Shown here piece after piece: positions 1 through 13,928 of a stretch of DNA of 64,000 bases (the first letter of the stretch is position 1; the number at the start of each line of letters is the position of its first letter). Origin of the DNA: Takakia lepidozioides (lineage: Eukaryota > Plantae > Bryophyta); the NCBI GenBank assembly GCA_030704615.1, contig CM060732.1:82894001-82958000 (forward strand). Reading direction: 5' to 3'. The notes under the pieces were generated by a model. That model was not told the origin of the DNA. It was given only the letters and a program-made list of their open reading frames with translations, and did no database searches. A program made the position numbers and the translations under genes.

Positions 1-479
1 CTAGATTGTGGAGTATTGGAAGAGAGAGAAAGAAATAAAGAAGCCTACGTTTTAACCCCACAGAAAGAGAGAAAGTTCATTTGCTTCCCTTGTTAGATGA
101 CTACTGTTGCTTTTGCTTGACACGTAGGAATATGTGTAGGCACATAATATTGTGCACTCTGCTACTCCGAAGTTGATGCTGCAGTCCCCTCTTAAAGAGA
201 GGGAGAAGGTTCACGTACTTTCACTGAGCAAGTATGATTACCATATTTGTAGTTTCTGTATCTGTGTATGGTTCTCAGACCTTGAAGCCAGCAATGATGT
301 ATGTTTAGCAGAGACGAGAGAACCAGAGTACCAGACTAGAAGGAAGCTGCAACAGGTCAGCTTCGCAATATCACACATCATTGTCAGTGACACTGTTGAT
401 TTTTCACTACATGATTTTTTCTATTCTCTAATTCGCTAAGGTGGCATTGATTCATGAAGAGCGAATGGTTGGGTGGCAG

Positions 480-3400
480 GAGGCTAAATAACAACAGTTT
501 GTATGGAAAGCTGCCACTGTCGCTCACCAACATTTCTGCTCTCCAGGTCTTGTAAGATTCTTACCTGGCATGCTGATTCCTGAAGGTGGTTCTGTTGGTT
601 TTTATTCAACATTTAGAAAATGGAATTAAGATCAGCCTCATACAGCATGAAAACATACTCACTTACTTAGGTCTATCTGAGGCTATCTTTGCCGATTGCT
701 TGGACTCACGACAAGGGGAAAGGGAGTACATGTTTGGCTTGAACCATCAGGTAGTGGTTGTCATGAGTCATATAAGGAGATTGGATTTGCATCATAATTG
801 TTGATGTGGCAATCTATTGGTGCAGGGATGTATCTTTCAACAATCTGAGTGGCCCTATTCCTTCTATTGCTGCCAAGATTATGTGAGCTCTAACTGGTTC
901 TTGTGAATTCTTAGAGGTCTCTCTCATCCTGTGGGAGAGGGATATTTGGGTTCCCTTACATTTCGAGTGCTGGGTTGTCATTTAGTCATTTCCTCCAGAA
1001 GCCATCTATCAGCTGGTTGTCAGTCAGGCAGGGACCTTGTAGACACAATTGTGTCCACCTATTATGACAAGTCAGTTATGAAGGTGAATGGCAGGGATTA
1101 GCTGAGAGACTCTTATGTAAGAACAGAGGGAGTATTCCTCTTGATTATCACAGGTGCTGTTTAGTTCAGAACCTCACGTAATGCATTGTATTTCAGTTGG
1201 CATGCATTCTATCAACAGCTGTATTGTTTTGCAAAACTGCAAAATGTAATCATCTCCTAATGGGTGCAGTATAGGACATCTCTTGGTTTGTATACCCATC
1301 TGAAATGGCTGGCAAGGCTATTTGCATGGATGTTTTCACTTGCTCAGCTTATCTCGCTTTCCTTATCACAGGGCAAAAGCTTGGGGATTTCTGTATGTTC
1401 CACTTTTCATTCGATATTAGTAATCGCAGTTTTGCAACAAAATCTACCTTTAGACTTTGCCTATTGTTAACCCATGTTTACATCAAGCAGTTGAGTGTAA
1501 CCTGAAAGTGATGATCTATCCATTCAACAACCTGATAGGGAACTTCTTACAGGGCAGATGGAAACCCACTACTTTGTGGAAATGTGATAGGACACCCATG
1601 TCCTGGGGACCCTCCCCTTGCCTCTCCTTCTCCTTCCCAAAAAGGTACAGAGCTCTGGCATAGCTTTTCTTCTTGTTTGATCTAGCTTAGATGATAGAGC
1701 CCACGCTCCAGAATGGAGCACATAAGGTCTGCACTCTGTCCAGGGTGACCTCGTGATGTCTTATACTGCAAGGGGCCAAGGTAGGTAGAAATGTGACGCT
1801 CTTCCTGAATACAGAATGTGCACAGACCATGTCAAAACCTGCATTATTGCTTTGGAATGGATCACATATTGTGGTTTGGATGAGTTTGGCTGAAACAACT
1901 TGCTTTAATGCAAGGACCAAGGTTCCTCACACCAACAAAGATGCATCTTAAGATATCTGGGTGTTTCTGCATTACGGTTCTACATGTTGAACAGATGAGA
2001 CCAGTTGCATTGTTGGTGATTATTCCACCTTGCATGAGTTACGAACAAAATTGATTGTACACTTCAATGAGCTACGCATAACTGAAGGGGGTTCGCAGGG
2101 TCATCAACTATAGGAGCAATATCTGGTGGGGTAGTAGGGGCAGTGCTTGTATTAGCTCTACCTGCTCTTGGGATTGCTTGGTGTAAGCGGCGACAGCGTC
2201 TCCGCTGTAAAGAACTCTTCTTTGATGTGCCCGGTGCGTCCCACCTTTCTCAAGATGAATGAGATGAAGAGATCTCACCTAACATTGGTAGTGTTCAAAT
2301 GCAATCAAGAAACTTACAGAGGGCCGGCCTGCTATACCCTCAGCTTGAATTGTGAGTGAAGAAATTTAGACGTCGGGATTGCTATTATTGATAATTTACA
2401 TGAAGGCTACAGATCTGTAGCCAAACTTTCCTGCGGTGAGCAATTAAGTCATGACAAATTTTTGGGACAGTGTTGCTCCATTCTATGAAGATTTGAGCTC
2501 AGTTACTTGTTCATATAACTGAAGTCAGTTCTGGCTGTGTAGGAGTTTCTCCTAAGGATGACCCAGAGGTGGGGTTCGGTCAGCTCAAGAAGTTCTCTCT
2601 GCGAGAGATACAAACAGCAACTGACAATTTCAGCCCCAAGAATGTAATAGGGGCAGGAGGTTTTGGAAAAGTTTACAAGGGGTCACTGGTGGATGGGACT
2701 GTAGTAGCGGTTAAGCGACTGAAGGAGGAGAAAACACCTGGTGGGGAGGTCTCATTTCAGACAGAGATTGAGATTATCAGCATGGCTGTCCATCGCAATC
2801 TGCTGCGATTGCAGGTCTTGTCTCTCCACCAAAATTCTCCCTCCATTGAGTTCGTCATGTATGGTTGTTTATGTGCTAAAAATGTGACTGGATGCAGGGC
2901 TTCTGCATTACTCCATCCGAGCGGATCTTGGTGTACCCATTTATGGCTAATGGGAGTGTGGCGTCTCGACTTCACGGTTCCTCTCTCCTTCCCTTTCATT
3001 TTCCAAACCTTGAACTCTCACATAGTAGGTGTCATTGCATGGCTTGCAGATTCTACTGAATAAAATTGTGCAAGACACAACCCTGTGTATACTTGAAATT
3101 TCACCAATACTTCGCAACACGAAGAGGGTTCTTTTCAAATAGCATATGCGTGCAGAAGCTTACATGTTGAACTCTGGATGGTTTGTTGATGCTCATTGCC
3201 AAGGTGATCATGAACTACCGCATGCTTAGACACTTCCATTTGTGCATACATTTGTTTGAATTTCATGTTTCAAGAATATGGAGACATACTTGCCTAATGG
3301 TGGCTGCAGAGAATAGTTTTGGGACGCCTGCACTAGACTGGCCAACACGCAAGGGCATAGCTTTGGGTGCTGCCAGGGGACTGTCGTACTTGCATGAGCA

Positions 3401-4826
3401 TTGTGACCCCAAAATTATTCACCGAGATGTGAAGGTGTGTGAAGTTCCGTGTGGTTATTATGACTGAGCGGAGGGTTTGAATGTGTTTGTGCTCAAATGT
3501 ATTCCCTTCGACTTTCAAATAGATACACTTATTCAAACAGTACAGTTGTCATAAGAACTGCTCAGACTTCATACTGCACATAGGAGAAAAAAGCAACTTT
3601 GCAGTATCTGGTTGATGTGGAGAGCATTGGCTACAGGCAGCCAACGTGCTACTAGACAGTGAGTTTGAGGCAGTGGTGGGGGACTTTGGGTTGGCCAAGC
3701 TGCTAGACTACAAAGACACCCATGTCACCACTTTGGTGCGTGGGACCGCTGGCCATATTGCTCCGGAGTATCTTTCGACCGGAAAATCATCTGAGAAGAC
3801 CGATGTCTTCGGATACGGTATCATGCTACTGGAACTCATCACTGGGCAAAAAACTTTCGACTTTGCACGTCTAGCCAATGATGATGATGTTATGCTGCTA
3901 GATTGGGTAAGGGGTGTTTCTTTGGTTTCATTATTTGTGTTCCCTTGTCATTTTCATCTCTGTGTTTAGCTGTCAAAACGCAAATACAAGAGTCCATAGT
4001 GTGGCAGGTTGATCAATTAAGTTTGGTTGATAAGTGTTGCTAAAACTCAAAGTCAAGGTGCCCATGTGCCTTGCGGAGCCAGATGTGGCCAGCAAGGTAG
4101 CTGGGCTCCAAGCTGCACCATCCAAGTACTGTCGTCTACTTGTGATACACCACAGACTTTTGTGAGATGAGCGGTGCCTTTTCGAATTCAGGTAAAGCGG
4201 TTGCTGCATGACAAGAAGTTGAATCAACTGGTGGATTCCAAACTGCACGGAAAGTATGACCCCCAAGAAGTGCAGGAGTTAATCCAGGTATGAGGCAGTT
4301 CAATCCTATCATAATTCCTTTGTTATTTTGATGGCATTAATCTGCACAAAGGACCTCCACATTACAGGACTTACTAAAGGAACCCTCGGTTACGGGTTAT
4401 TGCCCTGGGCAGGAGATGGAACAGAATGACGTAAAAGAAAGTCCGGCAGTGTAAAGCACCTGCTCTCAGGCTCTCACCCTCCGTGGGTCCTCAAATCATT
4501 GAAACTCCTCCAGCAGGGGCTTTACACTATACACATTGCTTAGTTTATCAGTTGCACCATAGACCTGACGATAGCCAGCCATGTGGAGTGGTATTGTCAA
4601 GGTGGCTCTGCTGTGCACACAAATGTCTCCGATGGAGAGGCCGAAAATGGCTGATGTTGTCCGCATGCTGGAAGGCGAAGGGCTGGCCGAGCGCTGGGAG
4701 GAATGGCAAAAGGTGGAACTTGTGAGGAGGGGGCAGGAGACTGACTTGATGCCTAAAGCCCTGTCAGAATGGGTGGAGGATTCAACCTTCAACATGGAGG
4801 CAGTGGAGCTTTCTGCAGGCCGATAA
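480..4826 (+). CDS. SERK: SERK-like LRR-II receptor-like kinase, 3' part (5' exons lie outside the window)
   Basis: GT-AG exons at 480-551, 826-882, 1553-1644, 2099-2233, 2543-2814, 2898-2976, 3310-3434, 3637-3906, 4192-4287 and 4602-4826 splice in frame. They give LRRs ([24 protein letters not shown]), GNPLLCG plus a short Pro/Ser stretch, a TM helix, [15 protein letters not shown], [11 protein letters not shown], [36 protein letters not shown] and a C-terminal [12 protein letters not shown] versus the sister NIK/CIK clade is not resolved without a tree. Confidence 0.92.
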
Positions 4827-6625
4827 CTGTCACATGTATTCTGAAGAAGGGCAGAGACTTGAGCAGGCAGCGCAGTTTGTGCCTTGCCTTTGTACAACCA
4901 AGGTGATCCCGAGTTCAATCCTCCAACATGTGCCTTCAACAGTCCATTGGCCCTCGATGGGCTGTTCGTTGAGCAGTAGCTCAGTATTGGACGTTAAACT
5001 AACTTCAACTGCAACATCTTCTTTTCCTTTCTTGTCAGTTTTACCACTAGTTTTACCACTAGGTTCTGACAAAGGGATAGGCAGTAGTAAACTCAGACTG
5101 GGTTGTTCTACCACAAGGTTTGGACTATACTCTCCATTAGATCCTCCTTGTCTTTCTTACATTTAATTCAGCAGCCATATCTGTGGGTGCCCTGTAATCT
5201 AGTGCACATTTTTTAGGTCAGTGCCATAACCTGCTGCTTTACTGTAGGCATCCTCTGTGAAATATAGTATGCACTGTTACTAGCACAGTAGTAAAAACTT
5301 GTACACTTGTACTTGTGGATGCTCAATAACCAAGCGCTGTAACTGAAAAAAGTACTTGAATGGTCATGTGAAGGTGGAGCAATATTTGTTCACTTCACTT
5401 CTTTGGGTCTGTAGGATAAAACAAAAGGGAGGATTCACATTTTGGTTACAAACTGTTGCAAAATGTATAACACAAGGCATCCACTTATGTGTCTTCAGTC
5501 TGCATGCTACCATTATCCCAAGTAATATTTGGAACAAGCTTTGAGTACTCTCCTTGCATATGCTGAATCCTCCAAACGCAAGTCCTGTGACCGCACGTCA
5601 AATCAGGAATCCAGAGCAACTGTGAATTACAGCACATAAAGCAGGGCCCACATACCTTCACTCACAATCCGTCTGTGCGCTCTGCCTTACAGAACAGTGA
5701 TGGCAGTTTGGCTGCGTATGAGGTGTGCCTTTGTTGAGGACACAAGATCATGCGATAAATTGATAAACACTTTCACCTCTTATCAGAATTTTTGTGTGAA
5801 GTAATGACATCACTCACAATCCGTTTGACAACTCACCTGCTTTGAAGTGGTGTCCTGCATCGAAGACATGGCCACTTGGGTACCCACTCATTTCAATGCT
5901 AAGGCCAAAGTTGGGTTGGTCAATAAGCAAACCACAATTCAGTCATCTTGGTGACTACTGTACTCTAGCTGCAGGACTAGTGTTAGAGCCCCATGATAAC
6001 AGGTCACCCCAAGGAAGGAGACAACCAGTCCTCTGTTTTCCAGAGACTCTCACAAAACACAGGATGAAATTCTCAGATGAGCTCACATCAGAAATTATAT
6101 CCTTCCTCTTTAGCATGGTTTGCTAGTTTCCAGCCACAAAGCTCTTTCTGGCTTCACCATAATAAGCTACTGCTACCTATCTCACTTTCATACTGGGACC
6201 TGTATCAATGCTACCTACCCCTCTGATGCTCAATTTGAATGAATGAGCTTTCAATGAGCTTTCAACTCCTCAACTTAGAACCGCGAAAATTCCAACCTTA
6301 CACATACTATCAATTACAAAATGTTCATAACATCTAAAGAACAGCCTGGAATCATGGCATTCTCACTGCAGGATTCATCTGTAACTTTGCTTCAAGTCTC
6401 CATCCACTACCACTGGGATGATATGGGAAAGCAATGGAGTAGAGTTATGGCGGCAGACTGCCACGACTTGTGCACTTGCGACACCGATGGGAAACAAAAC
6501 GTTTGCCCAGACCAACCTAACCTGATCTGCAGTCATGACTTCCATAGTTTGGCAATGTGTATGCCGGGCCTTGAATAAAGGAACATCATGATGTGTATAT
6601 GACAGTCAGCATCAGACCACGAGGG

Positions 6626-8972
6626 TCAAGTGGCGATGCAAGTGACACGGAGAATTGCTTGCGCTGTAGTGGGTGGGAGTTTGCTGTGGCAAAACTGTTC
6701 CCATGGATCCTGCTTTGAGGCTGAATCTACAACCTCCAGGACCTCCAAGGTGGTGGCTTCAGGAAGACTATTGCAATATGCTGCATGCAGGTCTACTACA
6801 AGCTTTCGTGCTGCCTCCCGAGCTTCTGGAAGCTGGTCATTCAACTGTGCAGCTGCAATGCGTATGAGTGGCTCAAGTCCATATTCCTTGATGCCCTCTA
6901 CTCCCTGAAAGAAATCAATGAAAACAACCGAGTATCACAAGGATTGGTTGGAGCATCATAACCGCACAACACGTGTGTGTATAATCTACTACTTGAAAAG
7001 ATGCAAAAGCAACTGATAATGTTATTACATTTGCTCAAACATCACGTTTATCTCTACATATCTATGTGAGAGCCTACTGAACTCATCGAACTCATCATCT
7101 TCTCTAGTTTAAGTATTGACAGCCATAGAATCTGCTCAACAGACTTGCAACTCAACAACATCTGAACTCAAAAACACAATAGAACACAGGTATTGAGAAC
7201 AGGGGAGAACATGAAGAGGCACATACCAGCCGGGAAACACACTTGTACACACACATGGCCGCCTTGGCACGGACTCTTGGGCTCCGATGACTAACATACG
7301 GCTGTAGCTTTTGCAATGAGGGCTCTGGGGAAATGTAGGTCATCATTTCCATGAGAGCCCTCTCTGCTTCTTCACACACAAAACGCTTGTCCTGAGATGC
7401 CTTCAACAAAAGCTGGAGCAACTGCATGGAACCAGACTTAATTGTCATCAGCGAGCCAATAATATGAGTTCCGAGGGGAATGACTACAATGGTCAAATTG
7501 AAGCTGTTCTGCTGCAGAGGAAGTCTTGTATCACTACATTGTGACAGTCCATGCAATCAAATTAAGTCATTCCAGTAAAACCCCAACCAGATGAAGTTCA
7601 GAGATATTAGAAGTGAGAAATTAAAGCACTAAAATGTATCAGTACTGCTCCAACTGATGATGTCACCATCATATTGGAACAACTACCATCCTAAGGGTGA
7701 AGAAGAATGAAAAACCAGTGGTTAAGATTGAACCGGAAGGTTAGCAGTTAATCGTAGCATTGAAAGAGGCAAGTACCAGGGGGTCCAACAACTCAAGCAG
7801 TTGATCTTGGTAGGCTTTGAATAGATCCGCAGATGCCATGATTGCCGTCTTACACAATGCACTCCGTGGATTTTTAACAGCCTTGATAATCAAAGCAACC
7901 ACCGTGTCTCTGTTCATGCATATGTTGTCAGTAGGTTTAAACAGTATAAAACAGGATATGAAGGAATATGGCTTCAGAAGACCTCTGCATGTGAATAGAT
8001 AAGTTATTCATCCCTGGTGGTTGCACACCAAGAATGTCGCAAACTCTCTCTTAATGACCATTCACTAGTCTCTCCCAGTTCCATGGTTTTAGGTCAAGAA
8101 GAGCACGGCAACGAGCTAACTTTGCAGAATTCAACCTGAAAATTTAGGGACGACTCTGATAACAGGGGAAACAGGCTGAAATGTGTTGATTACAAGATGG
8201 GAAGCATCCAAGCTGGATGGAAAATGGAAAGCTGTCGCACGTGGTTCAAAGCTTCCCATACAGTCAGCCAGTCCTTCGAATCCAACCTTGCCAGCAAAGT
8301 CTGGAGCAACACGAACATAAGATCAGGCCTGTTCAACGGCAACGGGAGTCCTTAGGTTCACTTGACAGAGACTCAGCCAGGCACCAGACATGGTGTGAAG
8401 GAAAGGTCAAAACAGCAGGTGGTTCACATTGAATTTCAGGCACTATTACAAGGTTAGAAACATGAACCAAAAAGCAGTCACTGGACAATGTGAACTGAAG
8501 GCATTATCTCGAGGGGTTGTTGCGCTTCTCGAACACACAGTAATCGTTAGTACCTAATCCGGTAGTAGAAAAGGGAAGATATTCAATTAACTGGTGTTCT
8601 ATATACAGATGACCGACTAATCAGAACTCAGAAAGTTCTGCATCAGTTCTAAGTCGACCCTCAAAGCGGAGGGAAGAGAAGAATGATCACCTTCAAATGC
8701 ATATCGGCATCCTCCAAATCTTTCAAATCTTCAGACAGGACGTACTCAAATTCTGGAGAGGTAGTCTCAGCTGGGGCCTGCATCTCAGCATTAAGATCAC
8801 TGGGAGACCTGATGGCGAGCGATTGGCAAAGGCGGTCGTTACCACGATTGATGTCCCGGTTTTCGTCGTTCGGACCAGACACGACAACTTTGATGGAACC
8901 CTTCTTCCCAGTGTTACTCCTTCTTTCCGACAGGAGTACGGCATTCACGTTTCTGAGAGCTGTCTCCGACAT
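6626..8972 (-). CDS. TOG/CLASP_N (ARM-repeat) domain microtubule-associated protein
   Basis: Exons at about 8972-8690, 8310-8195, 7910-7777, 7424-7227 and 6906-6626 give MSETALRNVN..EYVLSEDLKDL, LDSKDWLTVWEALNHVRQLSIFH, IIKAVKNPRSALCKTAIMASADLF, LLLKASQDKRFVCEEAERAL and NDQLPEAREAAR. These are typical of the small plant single-TOG ARM proteins. Confidence 0.85.
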
Positions 8973-9631
8973 GAATGTCCTCTCTTGCAGCCCCTCTTAG
9001 GTCGTGTGAACAGTCCTATATTAACAGAACCTCAGCCTGAAGCGCCACTACGATGCTCCTCTTGGATAGACAATGACTATCACTTTGAAAGGAGCTGCAG
9101 ATGATTCCTACAGAATGCAGAACAGAATAATGTCGACTCGATGCCACAAAGGAGAGCTGCAACACGCATGCTTCGACGCGATAGAGAAAAGATGGAAACT
9201 AACATCTGCCAACGCTTCCAACTGGCAAGAAAACCGCGAAAAAAGAGCCGATGATACTATTCAAAAAACCTGAACTTGCAAATGCAAATACTCGCATGTA
9301 TAAAGAAAGCTTAGAGAGAAGAGAGGAGGTTATGCTCCTTTCTGTTCTGTTCTTCACAAACTGACCCAATGCCAACACCGCAGAGCAGGAAATGAAGGAA
9401 GATGAACCGGGGCTGAAAGATGAACCGCAGAACCGAACTAAAAAGCCCGACCCGGGAAAATCAATGCATGGCCATGCCCCGACAACAGAGGCAGCTGCAG
9501 CGGCAGGGGAGGGCAATGCTGTGTGAACAATCGGTAAAAACAAAGCGCTGCGCAGATCCTGCGCAAGTCAGACACTGCAACAGCGACCACTTACACACAC
9601 GCCAGGCAGGAGGAGCGCCGGCAGAGATACA

Positions 9632-9809
9632 CGCCCTCACATCTCTGCCGTCCAATACTCAGAAACGGAGGGTTAGATCTTCTACATCTTAACTTTCAAT
9701 CTCACGGTCCGCAGTAACTCGCCCTCACATCGCCGCCGTCCAGTACTCAGAAAAGGAGGGTTTGATTTTCTGCATCTCAAATTCCAATCTTACGGTCCGA
9801 AATGACTCG
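9632..9809. repeat. Tandem duplication of an ~88-bp unit upstream of the TOG gene
   Basis: cgccctcacatc..gccgtcca.tactcagaaa.ggagggtt.gat.ttct.catct.aa.tt.caatct.acggtccg occurs twice in a row (about 9632-9719 and 9720-9809). Confidence 0.8.
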
Positions 9810-11119
9810 TTTGAATTTGTTTCAATACTTGAAGGTTCTAATGCGCTGTCTGTATGCATGTGCTTCTAAGCTCTCAACCACCCCACAAGATCTGTGTGAG
9901 AGAGTAGAGGGGAATATGAAGCCAAATTTGCGGATCTTTCTGGGTTGTTTTATTTCATCAAATAGTGTTGTGTTGCATGTTATAACGTTATAACTAGACC
10001 CATGAATAATCTGTATGTAGATATAAAGAATGGCAATGCCATAGGCGTAGAAACATACAGTAGGGATGATTGGTAAGTTAAAGGAAACAGAGTTTGCAGG
10101 AGGTGTGTGGCTGGCCCATGTGGGAGTGTGACTAGAAATCTGACAGAATCCAACTTGGTAGTGGGGCAAAAATTACAAAAAAAATGAATGATAAAAAAAT
10201 AATCTTTCCCTCCGTAAGAAAATGAGGGGAAATTTAGGAGGAGCAGAAATACCCCTAATGGACGACGTCAGAAATCAGAATCGATTTGCCACGGTGGCAA
10301 ATCGTTGGATGACCTTGGATGAAAAAACTCGCTGAATAAAAGTTGTGCGCCATGACGTCATGCACCTGCCTGTCTTTATGGCATCCTAAAATAACAAGCC
10401 TAAAACGTCGATAGGCTCTCTTGCTTTTGCAAAACATAAGAGGAAGGTGAGAGTAAAGGGCATGACTCAGTCGGACCAATCGGAGCCTTGACAAGGTGTA
10501 AGGTCCTTTGACCACATTTTCTCCATTGACTTCAACATGTTGCAGAGTCTCTCTCTGCAAGAGAGCCAATTAAAGCACTTCCATCAGTTATTTTCTTGGT
10601 GTGCAGGGGTAGCCAATTCAGGGCCCTCCAGCAGCTTTGACCTTTCGACGTGGCAGGATATGGTTGGCTATACCTATGAAAATTCATTTTGCATGTAGAA
10701 AATTCATCTATGCATGTAGATAGGTTAGAATGCTTCCAAATTTTTTTGTGGTAGTGAGTTTCCACGCAAGGAACAATATGAGCAGAGGAATTCACGTTGT
10801 GATGAAAATTTGGACACATTTGAGGCAGATTTGGGGTCAGTTGTAATGGAAGGTCTTTTTGACCCACCAATTTTCCCATACAAAGCAACCCTCATGTGGT
10901 TTTGGAATTTCGTTCTGGAATTTTGGCCCAAGGTGGTGTACATGCCAGGCAATTAGAATCTGGGTATGTTGTATCAATGAAAATTCATTTTGCCAGGCCA
11001 ATTGCTTGGTCAAACCATTTTTTCACTCCAAAACTAGAGCACAGTAAAAATTTATAGCTTGCATTTTTGTTATAATCTTCGGACACGTAGGTCAGGTTTT
11101 TATGGATAATAGCTATTAG

Positions 11120-12180
11120 AGAACCCCTGGTTCCGTGAAGTTCACGGGTAAATAGATTTTGGTATCCGCCGATTCAATCTTGACTAGGGTATTTGAAATT
11201 TTAATACCCGAGGTTAAGGGGGTATATACCCGGGTCCGGCTTTTCTTTCTCCCTAAACCATAGAATCGCCATGGGTAGTGCCTTTTTAAGGACCCGCGGG
11301 GTCCGTTTGGGTATTTTTTTGGAGCCTAGTCTGGGTTCGGATCCGGGTTTTGGAAATCTGAAAAATCCGGGTCCGGGTTCGGGTCCGGGTTTTGAACACA
11401 GAGTCGGGTCCAGGTCCGGGTAGTTGCTGGAAAAAATTAACGGGTTCACGGGTCCTTTCCGGATCCTATCTAATTGATTAAATATATTATAAAAACGAGA
11501 TTAATTAGAAATAATTTTTCTCATACATTTAGATAAATAAATATTAGATAAATATAAAATTTTAATTTTATATATATTTATTTATTTATCTATTAAAATT
11601 AAAACTCGGACCCTAACCCGCTGTGACCCGCTATACTGGCCCTCGGGTAGCGGGTTTAACAGGTTCTGGACCTGGCAGGCGGGTCCGGATCCATGTAACC
11701 GGACCCTAACTTGTCGGTACACGGGTCAGAACCCGGACCCGCACAACACTGTATTGGACCCCAAAGGGCACAACTTTGTGACATCACTCCGTGGATTGAA
11801 CCCACACCCACTTTTGAGGTGGTATGTGGCCAATACCATTGGGCTAGAGCTTGGTTGGGCTGGTTGCTACAGCGGCCTATTGCTCGTCCCCTCCACATAT
11901 ATTGCAAAACCTACCAAATCTAAGGTGGCCCAGTAAGCCCAACCTAAAATTAAGACCCGGATCCTGACCCGCTACACTGGCCCGTGGATAGTGGGTTTAA
12001 TGGGTTCTGGACCTAGCAGTCCGGGTCCGGATCCGGTTCCGGGTTTATCTTAGAAATAAACCCGGGTCAAGGTCCGGTATTCGGTGATGGCACGGGTCTG
12101 GGGTACGGGTCCGTGTCCGGATAACCAGATCCTAACCCGCCCGGGGGGGGGGTGTCAAACCCCGGACCCGCACAACACTG
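11120..12180 (-). mobile_element. Non-autonomous DNA-transposon (hAT/MITE-like) remnants with CCGGGT/ACCCGG subterminal repeats
   Basis: Dense gggtccgg/ggacccg motifs flank an AT-rich core. The same end, cccggacccgcacaacactg (CAGTGTTGTG.. on the minus strand), occurs at 11731-11750 and 12161-12180. No partner terminus or TSD was found. Confidence 0.55.
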
Positions 12181-12329
12181 GTAGATACTAGATAGTCTCG
12201 AAAGTAAATCCAGTTTTAGTGGAAGAGACATTAGTTTTTGTAAGGTGCTCCGACTACCTGAAATTTTGGGTAAACAACTCTCAAACTTATAACAGGCTTG
12301 TGAGTTAACTCTTGACAACACTGAAAGTT

Positions 12330-13480
12330 GGGTAAGAGAACTATCTTCATTGGCTAAACATTGTGCCTTGTGATGGCCCACTTTGGACTTGCTCTCCTCA
12401 GGCTTACCATCCTGATGTCTTTGATGATGCTCATGTCAAATAGATCTTTGATATGGTAAAGGTGGGCTCCCTTGAAGATTCTCAGCTGTCCATATTAAAT
12501 GATCTCCCAAGAAAGAATGCTGATGTGTTCAGAGGGGCCCCACTGACTTAGGCAGAACCACCCTTATTGAGCATGACATAGAAAGTGAAGGGAAGCCTGT
12601 GAAACAGTATCCTTACAGGGAAAGTGCAAGGAGAGATCCATAATACATGAAGAGATTAAAAAAAAAATGCTTGATGCAGAGGTCATACGCCCCTCTGTAT
12701 CCCTTTGGGCCAGTCCCATAGTGCTGATTGGGAAAAGGGATGGTAGCACTAGGTTCTGTGTTGACTTTCAAAGGCTTAATGCTATCACAAAGAAGGATGT
12801 TTACCCTTACCCAGAATTAATGAGACACTGGATATGCTACATGGGCCAAGATATTCTCTAAGCTAGACCTTGCATCAGGGTTTTGGCAGGTACCATTGAC
12901 TGAACGATCTAAAGAAAAAACTGCCTTTGTATGCCGCACGGCATGTTCAAATATGAATCCATGCCCTTTGGCTTAGGCAACACCACAACAATTTTCCAGC
13001 GTTTCATGGATGTCAGGTCCTAGGGAACCTGAGATGGGAGTGTGCTCTAGTTTATATAGATGACATTAGCATATACTCTCCCTCCTTTGACAGGCGATGA
13101 CTGACCTGCAGAGAGCATTTTGCAGACTGAGAGTAGCCAGCCTCAAGGTAAAAACCAAGAAGTGTGAATTCGGCTTTGAAGAATTGAAGTTCTTGGGTCA
13201 TAGGGTCACTGCTGCAGGTCTCAAACCTGACACCTCTAACCTAGAATTTGTCTGGAATTTTCCAGTTCTTGTTGAGAAGCGATGTGTCAAGTTATTCTTG
13301 CCTTGCCTCTTACTATAGAAGATTTATCAAGGACTTTGCCAGGATTGCTAATGCCCAAATTGCTTTCTAAAACAGTCAAATTCACATGGGGGGTGGCTCA
13401 GATCCATGCCTTCCAAAGGTGAAGGTGACACTCACTTCAGCTCCTATTCTAGTTTATCCAGACTTCACTCTCCCATCTAT
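12330..13480 (+). pseudogene. Degenerate Ty3/Gypsy reverse transcriptase fragment
   Basis: SLWASPIVLIGKRDGSTRFCVDF, LDLASGFWQVP, MPFGL, YIDDI (13053-13067) and KKCEFG..FLGH are present across frameshifts; no LTRs seen. Confidence 0.88.
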
Positions 13481-13928
13481 GCAGTAACTAGTTAATAACT
13501 TAATATTATAGGAATTTTAAAATGCACATTTTCAAACCTTGTCAACTTTATAAACTGTGATCTTACAAAAACTAGATACATTCAAGTAAAAACAACATGA
13601 GGTAAAAGCTAGTATATTGGACTAGCTAGCAAAACTATTGCAGTAGCTTCAAGCCCATCATGCTATAGTACGATAAGCTTAAGATGAAGACCAAAATTAT
13701 AAGATCATTTTATAGCTAATAAGTTGTTTACAGTGGCTCGATTGTCAACTTTAGAATGATTTGACAATTATTTCTTCTCAAGGAAAATTATCAAGATTAT
13801 CAATATGTACGTTTTTATGTCTGCTCTAGACGAAGTCTATTTCTTTTTCATCTTCAAACATCACTCTAGGAGTCCTAGCCGTCGCAAAACTTCACAACTA
13901 ACGAGTGCATAATTACTACATGAGTTGG

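Noticed and set aside
10230-11100. Possible MITE upstream of the hAT-like repeats
   Set aside because: No TIR pair or TSD identified.
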